A stretch of 51,642 bases of DNA from the NCBI GenBank assembly GCA_904502135.1, contig CAJGDE010000001.1, forward strand, positions 1-51,642, read 5' to 3'. This document shows, piece by piece, positions 18,569 through 27,663 of the stretch. Source of the DNA: Kiritimatiellia bacterium. Lineage in GTDB: Bacteria; Verrucomicrobiota; Kiritimatiellia; RFP12; UBA1067. The notes under the pieces were generated by a model that worked only from the letters and a program-made list of their open reading frames with translations, did no database searches and had not been told where the DNA came from. The position numbers were made by a program, and so were the translations under genes. The first letter of the stretch is position 1, and each line of letters begins with the position of its first letter.

Positions 18569-19878
18569 GTAGAGTTTTGACGATTCTGGCGCTGTTTCTC
18601 TTTTCAGCCGTTTTTGCGCAGGAATCCATGCCCGTTCGCGTAAGCGTGACAAGCCAGCCGTCCGGAGCGAGCGTGATTATCGACGGTCAGGATAGGGGGG
18701 TAACACCTCTTGTCATGTATGATTTAAAGCCTGGGCGTCATCACCTTAAATTCCGTTTGGCGGGTTATCGCGAAGTTGACCGCTATTTCAGGATGGACGA
18801 GGCTCCTTTGATTGAGAAGCACGAAGTACTGGAAGAGATAAAGGGAATTTTGCTGGTTAAGTCCGAGCCTGAAGGCTGCGATATCCGCATAGATGGACAG
18901 TCGGTAGGTACGACTCCAAGACTTATAACAAATCTTGCCGCGAAAAACTCCTATACAGTAAGGCTTCGTAAGGCCGGTTATCTCGATCAGTCTTTTTCGG
19001 TGAAGTTCAACGGCCGCGTTCCAGTTGTGAAAGACGTTAAGCTTGTCCTTTCTTCAGGGCGCATAGATGTGCGCTCCGAACCTGTCGGCGCAGAGGTTAC
19101 TGTAAATGGCATCGTCCGCGGGCTTACGCCGCTTGTGGTCAACGATGTGCCAAAGGGGCGCGCGACGGTTAAACTCAGCAAAGAAGGTTTTCGCGACGAA
19201 ATCCGGGAGCTTGCGATAAACGCCGGCGACAAGCAGGTGCTGTCGGTCGCGCTTCAAGGTCAGCCGGGGACGCTTCATCTTACATCCCAGCCGGAAGGTG
19301 CGCGTTTTTACATTGATGACGAGGCGCACGGGAAGGGACCGATCACCATTCAGGATCTTAAAGCGGGGCAATACTGCGTAAGGGCGGAATATGACGGATA
19401 TGCCGCGATGACGAAAACGGTCCTGATAGAAAACGGCTCGTCCGCACGCGTTGAGTTTAAGCTGTCAAACATCATGGGGCGCCTTGAGGTGCGCACAAAT
19501 CCCGTTGATGCGCAGGTAGTTTTAGATGGGCGCATTATGGGTAAGACGAAATCGCGCGACAAAAACGCCGTCTTCAGCGATGTCATGGCCATAGAAAATG
19601 TTTCGGAGGGCGAGCATGTTCTTATTGTCCGTAAAGAAGGTTATGCCGAAAGGGTTCTTCATCCGAAAGTCAATCGTGAATCTACAACAAGGTGTAGGGT
19701 CGGACTTAAACGTATTTTCGTTCCGAACGTGAGAGTGGTTACCACACGAGGTACACATGAGGGAGTGTTTGTCTCCAGCGGCGTTAACGGTATTGTAATC
19801 GAAGTTAAACTCGGTATCACGCGCAGCTTCAGCAAAGACGAAATCAGAAAAATCGAATACTTAAGTGATGTAAAGTGA
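18565..19878 (+). CDS. secreted protein with five PEGA repeats
   Basis: Signal peptide MSRVLTILALFLFSAVFAQE, then five repeats of the type SxPxGAxVxIDGxxxGxTP...L..G.H.L.....GY. ATGA overlap with the upstream gene. Confidence 0.7.
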   Translation: MSRVLTILALFLFSAVFAQESMPVRVSVTSQPSGASVIIDGQDRGVTPLVMYDLKPGRHHLKFRLAGYREVDRYFRMDEAPLIEKHEVLEEIKGILLVKSEPEGCDIRIDGQSVGTTPRLITNLAAKNSYTVRLRKAGYLDQSFSVKFNGRVPVVKDVKLVLSSGRIDVRSEPVGAEVTVNGIVRGLTPLVVNDVPKGRATVKLSKEGFRDEIRELAINAGDKQVLSVALQGQPGTLHLTSQPEGARFYIDDEAHGKGPITIQDLKAGQYCVRAEYDGYAAMTKTVLIENGSSARVEFKLSNIMGRLEVRTNPVDAQVVLDGRIMGKTKSRDKNAVFSDVMAIENVSEGEHVLIVRKEGYAERVLHPKVNRESTTRCRVGLKRIFVPNVRVVTTRGTHEGVFVSSGVNGIVIEVKLGITRSFSKDEIRKIEYLSDVK

Positions 19879-20627
19879 AAAAGCGCCTTGATATAACTAT
19901 GGTCGAGCGTCAGCTCGTCGCCTCACGCACACTGGCGCAGGCGCTTGTGTTGGAAGGCAAGGTGCGCGTATCGGGCCAGGTGGAGCGCAAGGCGTCGAGG
20001 CTTATCGATGATGATGCTGTTGTTGAAATCGAAGAGCCAGCCAGATTCGTCTCTCGCGGAGGAGAAAAGCTCGAAGGGGCGTTTGAGAAATTTCCGTCGC
20101 TTTCGGCTCAAGACAAAATCTGTATCGATGTCGGCTCTTCAACAGGGGGCTTTACCGATTGTCTTTTGCAGCATGGAGCAAAAACGGTGATGGCCGTCGA
20201 TGTGGGGACCAATCAGCTGGCGTATAAACTTAGGACTGATCCGCGCGTCTGGGTGCGCGAGCAGTTCAACGCCAGATACATGACGCCTTCGGATATTCCG
20301 TATGCGCCGGAACTGGCAGTTACAGACGTATCTTTCATTTCGCTCAAGCTCATACTGCCCGCCATTGATCGCGTTCTCCTGCCGGGTGGTGAGATAGTAG
20401 CTCTTATAAAGCCTCAGTTTGAAGTGGGAAAAGGCAACGCTCCTGGAGGGCTTGTGCGCGATGAGGCTCTTCGCACGCAAGCAAGAGATCAGATAGTCGC
20501 GTTCGCTAAAGAAGAGCTTTCTCTTGAGCTTTTGGGGCTTGATGTCTCGCCGATTCTCGGTCGAGAGATGGGTAATGTCGAGTATCTTTCATATTGGCGA
20601 AAACCTCGCGAAGGGGGTGTGCGATGA
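19875..20627 (+). CDS. tlyA: TlyA-family rRNA (cytidine-2'-O)-methyltransferase
   Basis: GTG start. MKKRLDITMVERQLVASRTLAQALVLEGKVRV (S4-like domain), then an FtsJ-type SAM fold (IDVGSSTGGFTDCLL). Confidence 0.8.
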   Translation: MKKRLDITMVERQLVASRTLAQALVLEGKVRVSGQVERKASRLIDDDAVVEIEEPARFVSRGGEKLEGAFEKFPSLSAQDKICIDVGSSTGGFTDCLLQHGAKTVMAVDVGTNQLAYKLRTDPRVWVREQFNARYMTPSDIPYAPELAVTDVSFISLKLILPAIDRVLLPGGEIVALIKPQFEVGKGNAPGGLVRDEALRTQARDQIVAFAKEELSLELLGLDVSPILGREMGNVEYLSYWRKPREGGVR

Positions 20628-21925
20628 TAGCGAAGATTATTATTGACAAGAAGCGTGAGGGCCGCTCGCTTGGCTCGGCTGAAATCCGGGAGTTTGTCGA
20701 AGGCTTTACAAAAGGCGAAATTCCAGATTATCAAATGAGCGCTTTGGCGATGGCTATATGCTGTCGCGGAATGACCGAAAGAGAGACGGCCGATCTTACA
20801 GAGGCGATGATGAACTCGGGCAGAGTCCTTTCGTGGGACGGCCTTTTGACCGCTGATAAGCACTCTACCGGTGGGGTGGGCGACAAGCTTTCGCTTGTCA
20901 TACAGCCTCTTGTCGCGGCGTGCGGAGTTTTTGTCCCTTCGTTGACAGGCAGAGGTTTGGGGCTTACGGGGGGGACGGCGGATAAACTTGAGACGATTCC
21001 CGGATATAACGCTTCGCTTAGCTTGGAAGATTTTGACCGAGTCGTGCGCTCCTGCGGAGTGTCGATGACCGTGCAGACGGATGAAATTACGCCTGCCGAT
21101 AAAAAGCTATATGCGCTGCGCGATGTCACAGGTACGGTCGCGTCTATTGCCCTTATCACTTCTTCAATTCTGTCGAAGAAACTCGCTGAGGGTGCAGGTG
21201 CGCTTATTTTCGATGTGAAGTGCGGTTCGGGCGCTTTCATGAAGAGTCGCGAGCAGGCCGTGGAACTTGCAATGAGTCTCGTCGCCGGAGCTAAGGCTTC
21301 GGGGCGCAGAGCCGCCGCGCTTGTTACGGACATGTCGACTCCTCTCGGGCGAGCCGTCGGAAATGCAAATGAAGTCGCAGAGGCAATACAGATTCTCAAG
21401 GGTTCTAAAGATCCTCTGCTAAAACTTGTTGCCGATCTTTCTCTCGAGCTGGCAGCTCTCATGGTTTCGCTGTCAAAGGGCATTGCGCTTGAACAGGCTC
21501 GTGCCGAATGTGAGGATAGACTTTCTGATATGTCGGCCTTTGCCAGATTTGAAGCCATGGTTTCTGCGCATGGCGGAAGTCTCGACAGCTTTTTGGCGCT
21601 TTTAGAAAAGCCTGTTTTCCGTTTTCGCATACAATCGATGCGCTCGGGTTATGTAAGCGGCATCGACGCGGAAAAGGTTGCCCGTGCGGCGCTCGAGCTT
21701 GGAGCTGGGCGGCAAAGGCAGACGGACGCGATAGACCCTCTTGCGGGAGTTACTCTTGATGTTATGCGAGGCGATAAGGTTTCCGTCGGCACGGCGCTCG
21801 CGACGCTGCAGAAGTCGGGCGATCCCAACGGTCTTGAGCACGCGGCTGCAGAGCTGTATAAGGCGTTTACGGTCTCCTCTCAGGCTCCGGCGGCCGCGGA
21901 TTTGATTTTGGAGCGCATTGATTGA
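20624..21925 (+). CDS. deoA: thymidine/pyrimidine-nucleoside phosphorylase
   Basis: KHSTGGVGDK motif and IIDKKREG N-terminus. ATG 20624 overlaps the tlyA stop (ATGA). Confidence 0.85.
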   Translation: MIAKIIIDKKREGRSLGSAEIREFVEGFTKGEIPDYQMSALAMAICCRGMTERETADLTEAMMNSGRVLSWDGLLTADKHSTGGVGDKLSLVIQPLVAACGVFVPSLTGRGLGLTGGTADKLETIPGYNASLSLEDFDRVVRSCGVSMTVQTDEITPADKKLYALRDVTGTVASIALITSSILSKKLAEGAGALIFDVKCGSGAFMKSREQAVELAMSLVAGAKASGRRAAALVTDMSTPLGRAVGNANEVAEAIQILKGSKDPLLKLVADLSLELAALMVSLSKGIALEQARAECEDRLSDMSAFARFEAMVSAHGGSLDSFLALLEKPVFRFRIQSMRSGYVSGIDAEKVARAALELGAGRQRQTDAIDPLAGVTLDVMRGDKVSVGTALATLQKSGDPNGLEHAAAELYKAFTVSSQAPAAADLILERID

Positions 21926-21935
21926 CAGGTGCTTT

Positions 21936-22922
21936 ATGGCTTCGGTTGAATTTGAAAATGTCGAAAAGGTTTATTCAAAAGGGGACCGCCCTGCAGTTGA
22001 GAACTTTTCGCTTAGTGTTCCAGACGGGGAGTTTCTCGTTTTGGTAGGTCCATCGGGCTGCGGCAAGTCAACGACGCTGCGCATGGTTGCCGGTCTTGAG
22101 ATTCCGACATCTGGCAAGATTTCCATCGGCGGCAAAGACGTTACCTTCTTAGCTCCCAAAGATCGGGATATTGCGATGGTTTTTCAGAACTACGCGCTTT
22201 ATCCGCACATGAGCGTTGAAGAGAATATGTCGTTTGCTCTAAAGCTGAGAGGAGTAGCCAAATCGGAGATTGCCCGGCGCGTCAAGGACGCCGCTGAAAC
22301 ACTTGGGCTTACCGATTATCTGAAGAGGCTGCCGAAAGCTCTTTCTGGCGGGCAGCGCCAGCGCGTCGCGTTGGGTAGAGCAATCGTAAGAGAGCCTGCC
22401 GTATTTCTTTTTGATGAGCCTCTTTCGAATCTTGACGCCAAGATGCGTGTTGAGATGCGCTCTGAAATAATCCATCTCCATCAGCGGCTTAAGTCGACGA
22501 TCATCTATGTTACGCACGATCAGACGGAGGCGATGACCATGGGCGAGCGTATCGTTGTGATGAACGAAGGGCGTATTCAACAGGTAGCTCCCCCTTTGGA
22601 AGTCTATCGTAGACCCGCGAATCCCTTTGTGGCGGGCTTTATAGGCACTCCCGCCATGAACCTTTTTCCGCCCGGCATGCTCGGCAGGACTATGATCGGG
22701 GTAAGGCCTGAGGATCTTAAGCTCGTTAGGGCCGACGAAGCTCTGCCGGGAGACGTTGAGGCGGTAGTTGATTTCGTTGAGCCGCTTGGCAGTGAAACGC
22801 TGGTGCATATTGTTTGCCACGGTTTTCATGCGTCAGTCAGATGTGCTGGGTTTGCGGAATTTAGACCTGGCGAAATGCTTTTCGTTAAGCCCGACATGAC
22901 AAAAGCCGTCGAGTTTGCATAA
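21936..22922 (+). CDS. ABC transporter ATP-binding protein, MalK/UgpC/MsmX-like sugar-import ATPase
   Basis: GPSGCGKST Walker A, LSGGQRQRVALGRA signature and a C-terminal MalK-type regulatory domain. No permease or binding-protein genes are adjacent. Confidence 0.8.
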   Translation: MASVEFENVEKVYSKGDRPAVENFSLSVPDGEFLVLVGPSGCGKSTTLRMVAGLEIPTSGKISIGGKDVTFLAPKDRDIAMVFQNYALYPHMSVEENMSFALKLRGVAKSEIARRVKDAAETLGLTDYLKRLPKALSGGQRQRVALGRAIVREPAVFLFDEPLSNLDAKMRVEMRSEIIHLHQRLKSTIIYVTHDQTEAMTMGERIVVMNEGRIQQVAPPLEVYRRPANPFVAGFIGTPAMNLFPPGMLGRTMIGVRPEDLKLVRADEALPGDVEAVVDFVEPLGSETLVHIVCHGFHASVRCAGFAEFRPGEMLFVKPDMTKAVEFA

Positions 22923-22925
22923 ATT

Positions 22926-22934
22926 TGATATAAT
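22926..22934 (+). promoter_or_regulatory. extended -10 box TGATATAAT, 7 nt upstream of the nadA ATG (leaderless-type)
   Basis: TGATATAAT at 22926-22934, spacer GTTGCGT, ATG at 22942. Confidence 0.4.
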
Positions 22935-22941
22935 GTTGCGT

Positions 22942-23835
22942 ATGATCGTAGATGAAATAGAAAAGTTAAAGCGCGAGCGCTCGGCCGTCATTCTGGCGCA
23001 TAACTATTCTCGCCCTGAAGTTCAGGATATCGCGGATTTCACGGGAGATTCTCTTGAGCTTGCGCGCAAGGCTACGGAGATAGAATCGCCCGTGATCGTT
23101 TTTTGCGGCGTTTATTTTATGGCCGAGACGGCGAAGATTTTAAACCCTTCAAAGAAGGTGCTTATACCCGATCCCAGCGCAGGCTGCCCGATGGCGGATA
23201 TGATAACCGCCCAGGAGCTGCGCCTCTTCAAAGCCGAGCATCCTGGCGCGAAGGTCGTTTGCTACGTCAACTCCACGGCTGAAGTAAAGGCGGAATGCGA
23301 TATTTCCGTTACGAGCGGCAATGCCGAGAAGATTCTTTCCACGATGAAAGGCGAAAAGATTCTTTTCGTCCCTGATATGCATCTTGGATCTTACGTAGCC
23401 GAAAAGCTTGGCGAAAAGTATGAGTGTTGGAAAGGCTGCTGCCCCATACATGCCGCGCTTAAGGCGGAGGAGGTTGAAGCCTCCCGAAGGGCAAACCCCG
23501 GAGCCGTTGTGTTTGCGCACCCGGAGTGCAACGAGGGGGTCCGCAAAGCGGCGGATGAATGTCTTTCGACAGGCGGAATGTGTGCGCGCGCGAAAGAGGT
23601 GGCCGCCAAGAAGATTCTTGTCGCCACGGAAAAAGGGATTTTGCACAGGTTAAAGAAAGAGAATCCCGACAAAGAATTTATCGCCGTCGGGGAACTTGAG
23701 TGCTGCGATATGAAAAAAGCCACGCTTGAGAATGTGCGGGATGCTCTTTTGTATATGCGCCATGAAGTCGTCGTAGATGAAGAAATTTCAAGAAAAGCCA
23801 AGCGTTCGATAGATTCGATGCTTGCCGTAAAATAA
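22942..23835 (+). CDS. nadA: quinolinate synthase NadA
   Basis: ILAHNYSRPEVQDIADFTGDSLEL, conserved cysteines and HPEC. The start is taken at ATG 22942. Confidence 0.85.
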   Translation: MIVDEIEKLKRERSAVILAHNYSRPEVQDIADFTGDSLELARKATEIESPVIVFCGVYFMAETAKILNPSKKVLIPDPSAGCPMADMITAQELRLFKAEHPGAKVVCYVNSTAEVKAECDISVTSGNAEKILSTMKGEKILFVPDMHLGSYVAEKLGEKYECWKGCCPIHAALKAEEVEASRRANPGAVVFAHPECNEGVRKAADECLSTGGMCARAKEVAAKKILVATEKGILHRLKKENPDKEFIAVGELECCDMKKATLENVRDALLYMRHEVVVDEEISRKAKRSIDSMLAVK

Positions 23836-23840
23836 AGGAA

Positions 23841-25103
23841 ATGAAAATGAAAAAACTCGTAGCCCTAAGTTGTGTTATGATTTCCGCGCTCGTCTTTGCC
23901 GAGCAGACCGGTGAAAAGCCCGCTGAGCGGCTTGACCGCAAACAGGCGCGCGAAAGAATGATTCAGCGTCGCAATGCGCAGAAAACGCGCCAGGCGATGC
24001 GATACTCAAAACCGATGAGCGCGAAGCTTGTCAAAGACTTCGGCAAGCTCTCCGACGGCCGCCAGACAAAGCTCTACACGATTCAGGGAGTGGGCGGACT
24101 TCGTGTTGACGTATCTGACTACGGCGGGAGAATCGTAAGAGTTCTCGCTCCGGACCGTTTTGGCAATTTCGCCGATGTCGCGCTTGGCTGGAATACCGCG
24201 GGTGAATATGAGAAGAACGGTTTTTCAATGGGTACTCTCATCGGGCGATATGGCAATCGTATCGCTGACGGCAAGTTCTCCATCGACGGTAAGGCGTATC
24301 AGCTTGAGCTGAACGAGAAGAAAGGTCCGAGAAACTGCAATCTTCACGGCGGACCTCTCGGCTGGGACTCGAAAATCTGGGACGTTAAGCCTTACTTTTC
24401 GCGTGAAGGCAGAGGCCTTGAACTTACTTTGGTCTCGCCCGACGGAGATATGAATTTTCCTGGGTGCGTCACATGCAAGGTCACGTATGTGGTTTCGCCC
24501 AAAAACACGCTTGTCGTTTCATACGAGGCCGTAACCGACAAGCCCACCATAATCAACCCGACCCATCACGGTTACTGGAACATGGCCGGTGAAGATAGCG
24601 GCAATATCCTCAATCAGGAACTTCAGATTTTTGCCGATCAGTATACGCAGGTGACGGCAGGGTTGATTCCTGTAAAGAATCTGCCTGTAAAGGGGACGCC
24701 GTTTGATTTCACCCAGATGTGCAGAATCGGAGATAAGCAAAAGGCGATGCTCGCGGACGAGACAACCAAGCCGATGGACAGCTGGTTCGATCATAATTTC
24801 TTCCTTCGCGGAAAGACTGGCGAACTTAAGATCGCCTGCATCATGAAAGACCCGGCTTCTGGGCGCAAGATGGAAATTTGGACGACTGAGCCGTGTATGC
24901 AGATGTATGGCGCTCAGAATATGACGGCGGATTTGAATTTGCCGGCCAAGAGAGCGGGAAGTAAGTATCTTCCGCTTCAGGGCATGGCGCTTGAGACTCA
25001 GCATGCGCCCGATTCGCCGAATCGTCCCGACTTCCCCTCGACGATTCTTCGTCCGGGAGAAACTTTCCGCAGCCGTACGGAATATCGTTTTTCCGCTGAA
25101 TGA
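23841..25103 (+). CDS. galM: aldose 1-epimerase (mutarotase), secreted
   Basis: Signal peptide plus LHGGPLGWDSKIW and NPTHHGYWN motifs of the aldose epimerase family. Confidence 0.8.
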   Translation: MKMKKLVALSCVMISALVFAEQTGEKPAERLDRKQARERMIQRRNAQKTRQAMRYSKPMSAKLVKDFGKLSDGRQTKLYTIQGVGGLRVDVSDYGGRIVRVLAPDRFGNFADVALGWNTAGEYEKNGFSMGTLIGRYGNRIADGKFSIDGKAYQLELNEKKGPRNCNLHGGPLGWDSKIWDVKPYFSREGRGLELTLVSPDGDMNFPGCVTCKVTYVVSPKNTLVVSYEAVTDKPTIINPTHHGYWNMAGEDSGNILNQELQIFADQYTQVTAGLIPVKNLPVKGTPFDFTQMCRIGDKQKAMLADETTKPMDSWFDHNFFLRGKTGELKIACIMKDPASGRKMEIWTTEPCMQMYGAQNMTADLNLPAKRAGSKYLPLQGMALETQHAPDSPNRPDFPSTILRPGETFRSRTEYRFSAE

Positions 25104-25999
25104 TAGCAGCGCTTCTTCTATCCCTTACAATAGCATATCCGCGCGCGGGGGCACGTCTGCCGTGCGTGGATTCATGTTATATGATAGGAGCTGTTGACAG
25201 GGGTGTTACGAATATTGTCGTTGGCGGACAGGACGTTCCTGTTTACAGAACGGGCGCGTGGGCTACGCTGGTAAATGTCAAAAGCGGCACGAATATTATA
25301 GATGTGGCTGGTAGCAACCATGTGTTTTATGTCGCAGAACCAAAAAAAACTTTGGCTTCGACCGCTCCCGCAAAGGTCAGGCAGTTTAAAAAGCTTCCGT
25401 ACGCTTCGGACGCCGCGCAGGAGATGCCTACCAACAAGGCGCCTTCCGAGATCGTCGTCGTCATAGATCCGGGCCACGGCGGATCTGACAGCGGAGCTTT
25501 GTCTCCTCATGCCCTAAAGGAGAAAGATTTTAACCTTAAGCTTTCAAAGGAGGTTGCGCTCGCTCTTGAAACACTTGGCTATAATGTGGTGATGACCCGC
25601 ACAAACGATGTTTCAGTAGGTCTTTACGATAGACCTAAAATAGCCCACGATGTCAAGGCTGACGCGTTCATTTCCATTCATTACAACGCGCCCGCCATAA
25701 ACCGCAACCCAAGAGATATTCGATATATGGCGGTATATGCTTGGAATGATATAGGCGTAAAACTCGCTAAATCTGTCAATGCGAAAATGGTTAAAGCCTG
25801 TTCGCCGGCATTGAGCAATAGCGGCGTAATAAAAGCGAATTTTGCGGTTATTCGCAATCCTCAGATACCAAGCTGTCTGATCGAGGCGGATTTCATGACT
25901 TCCCCTGAAGGCGAGGAGGCCGCCTTGGATTTGTCGTGGCGCAAAAAAATGGCTCGGGCGATAGCTGAAGGATTTGGTGATTGGGCACGAGGCAACTGA
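25100..25999 (+). CDS. N-acetylmuramoyl-L-alanine amidase (Amidase_3 family)
   Basis: VVIDPGHGGSDSGA ... FISIHYNA ... CLIEADFMTSPEGE motifs. ATGA overlap with galM. Confidence 0.8.
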   Translation: MIAALLLSLTIAYPRAGARLPCVDSCYMIGAVDRGVTNIVVGGQDVPVYRTGAWATLVNVKSGTNIIDVAGSNHVFYVAEPKKTLASTAPAKVRQFKKLPYASDAAQEMPTNKAPSEIVVVIDPGHGGSDSGALSPHALKEKDFNLKLSKEVALALETLGYNVVMTRTNDVSVGLYDRPKIAHDVKADAFISIHYNAPAINRNPRDIRYMAVYAWNDIGVKLAKSVNAKMVKACSPALSNSGVIKANFAVIRNPQIPSCLIEADFMTSPEGEEAALDLSWRKKMARAIAEGFGDWARGN

Positions 26000-26012
26000 A
26001 AGAGTGGAAAAC

Positions 26013-26894
26013 ATGAATAACGAGAAGCATATTGATATACTGCGCTCGCAATTGCGCAATGAACTTACGGAGTCGGCCGTCTATTCAAAGCTGGCGTCGA
26101 TAGAGAAAAATCCGAAGAATCGTGAGATACTTCTTGCGATAAGCGCGGATGAGGCGTCGCACGCGCGGGTGATAGGCTCAATTCTTCAGTGCAAAGGCGA
26201 GCCTAACCGTCTGAAGGTTGCGTGGATTGTTCTTTGCGCAAAAGTTTTTGGGCTTACCTTCGTTCTGAAACTTATGGAAAGGGGCGAGGATTCGGCGGCG
26301 GATACATATCGCGAAGTGACTGAGTCTTATCCGCAGATTGCGGCGATAGCCCATGATGAGGAGCGCCATGAAAGTGAACTTATCGGTATGCTCGATGATG
26401 AGCGCCTGAAAAACATGGGAGCGATAGTTCTTGGCCTTAATGATGCTCTCGTTGAGCTCACTGGCGCTCTTGCCGGTTTTACGTTTGCAATTGGAAATCC
26501 GGTTAGAATCGCAAAGCTCGGCCTTATCACGGGGCTTGCGGCTTCTATGTCGATGGCGGCCTCCGCTTTTCTTTCCGCGAGAGCCGATGAGCAGGCAGGC
26601 AATACATCTGACGCCGATGAGGATGATTCTTCAGGCGCGGTAAAAACAGCTATCTATACGGGCGCGGCGTACGTGCTTACGGTATTTATTCTTGTAGCGC
26701 CATATGCGTTTTTCGCAAGCGCCACCATCGCGCTTGCAGTAATGCTTCTGCTCGCTTTCGGTATTATCGCCTTTTTCAATTTTTATTTAAGCGTCGCGAG
26801 AGAAACTTCTTTCCGCAGAGGGTTTTTCGTTATGGCGGGGATCTCAACTCTTGTCGCGCTTATATCCTACGGGTTCGGATATCTGCTTCGCTGA
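26013..26894 (+). CDS. ferritin-like (rubrerythrin-type) domain fused to a VIT1/CCC1-family iron/manganese transporter
   Basis: N-terminal E..A..Y..LA...AISADEASHA pattern. The C-terminal part has GLNDALVELTGALAG and several TM segments. Confidence 0.7.
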   Translation: MNNEKHIDILRSQLRNELTESAVYSKLASIEKNPKNREILLAISADEASHARVIGSILQCKGEPNRLKVAWIVLCAKVFGLTFVLKLMERGEDSAADTYREVTESYPQIAAIAHDEERHESELIGMLDDERLKNMGAIVLGLNDALVELTGALAGFTFAIGNPVRIAKLGLITGLAASMSMAASAFLSARADEQAGNTSDADEDDSSGAVKTAIYTGAAYVLTVFILVAPYAFFASATIALAVMLLLAFGIIAFFNFYLSVARETSFRRGFFVMAGISTLVALISYGFGYLLR

Positions 26895-26908
26895 AGGCGT
26901 GGCTGTTA

Positions 26909-26917
26909 TGGTATAAT
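26909..26917 (+). promoter_or_regulatory. extended -10 box TGGTATAAT, 8 nt upstream of ATG 26926 (leaderless-type)
   Basis: Exact TGGTATAAT, spacer TCAAGAAT, then ATG. Confidence 0.45.
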
Positions 26918-26925
26918 TCAAGAAT

Positions 26926-27663
26926 ATGAAAGCGTTAATTCCAGCGGCAGGACTCGGAAGCAGGTTTTTGCCTGTTACAAGAGTGATACCTAAAGAAATG
27001 TTGCCTATCGGGGCGAAGCCGGCTCTTGAGCTTATAGTCGAGGAGGCGAAGGCCGCCGGGGCCGAGGAGATCGTCATCGTTATTTCTCCCGGAAAAGAAC
27101 TTATCCGCGAATACTTTAAGGACGATCCGTCAATTTCGTTTGAGTTGCAAACGGAGCAGAAGGGGCTCGGTCATGCCGTTTTTTGCGCGGCCGAAAGGTT
27201 TCGTGATGAGAAAGAGTGCGTTCTTGTTCTTCTTGGAGATGCGCTAGTGTCGGGATGTCAGGCGTCTAGCGAGATGGTCGCGATGTCAAAGGCGAACAAT
27301 GGCGCGGGAGTGATAGGCCTTGAGCGTGTGCCGGAGGAAATGGTGTCGCGCTATGGAATTGTAAAGCTTGACGATTCTGATAGTAAAGCGCCGCAAATAA
27401 CGGATATAGTGGAAAAGCCTTCCGTTGAAGAAGCCCCAAGCGACATGGCTGTTGCGGGGAGGTATCTGCTCGATCCGCAGATTTTTAAGCTTCTGGCCGA
27501 TCAGAAGACGGGCTACGGAGGAGAGATTCAGTTGACCGATGCGATCAGAAGGCTTCTTGAGAAAAAGAAGGTTCTTGGGTATGTCTACCCCGGAAAGCGA
27601 CATGATATCGGCAATCCCAAAGGATATTTCAAAACATTGGAGGCGATGAATGTTAACGGTTAA
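26926..27663 (+). CDS. sugar-1-phosphate nucleotidyltransferase, GalU-like (UTP--glucose-1-phosphate uridylyltransferase family)
   Basis: MKALIPAAGLGSRFLPVTRVIPKEMLPI N-terminus. At 245 aa it is shorter than canonical GalU. Confidence 0.7.
   Translation: MKALIPAAGLGSRFLPVTRVIPKEMLPIGAKPALELIVEEAKAAGAEEIVIVISPGKELIREYFKDDPSISFELQTEQKGLGHAVFCAAERFRDEKECVLVLLGDALVSGCQASSEMVAMSKANNGAGVIGLERVPEEMVSRYGIVKLDDSDSKAPQITDIVEKPSVEEAPSDMAVAGRYLLDPQIFKLLADQKTGYGGEIQLTDAIRRLLEKKKVLGYVYPGKRHDIGNPKGYFKTLEAMNVNG

Noticed and set aside
20731-21630. 299-aa ORF antisense to deoA
   Set aside because: It is a shadow ORF opposite a well-supported thymidine phosphorylase. The Ser/Ala/Arg-rich translation has no recognisable domain.
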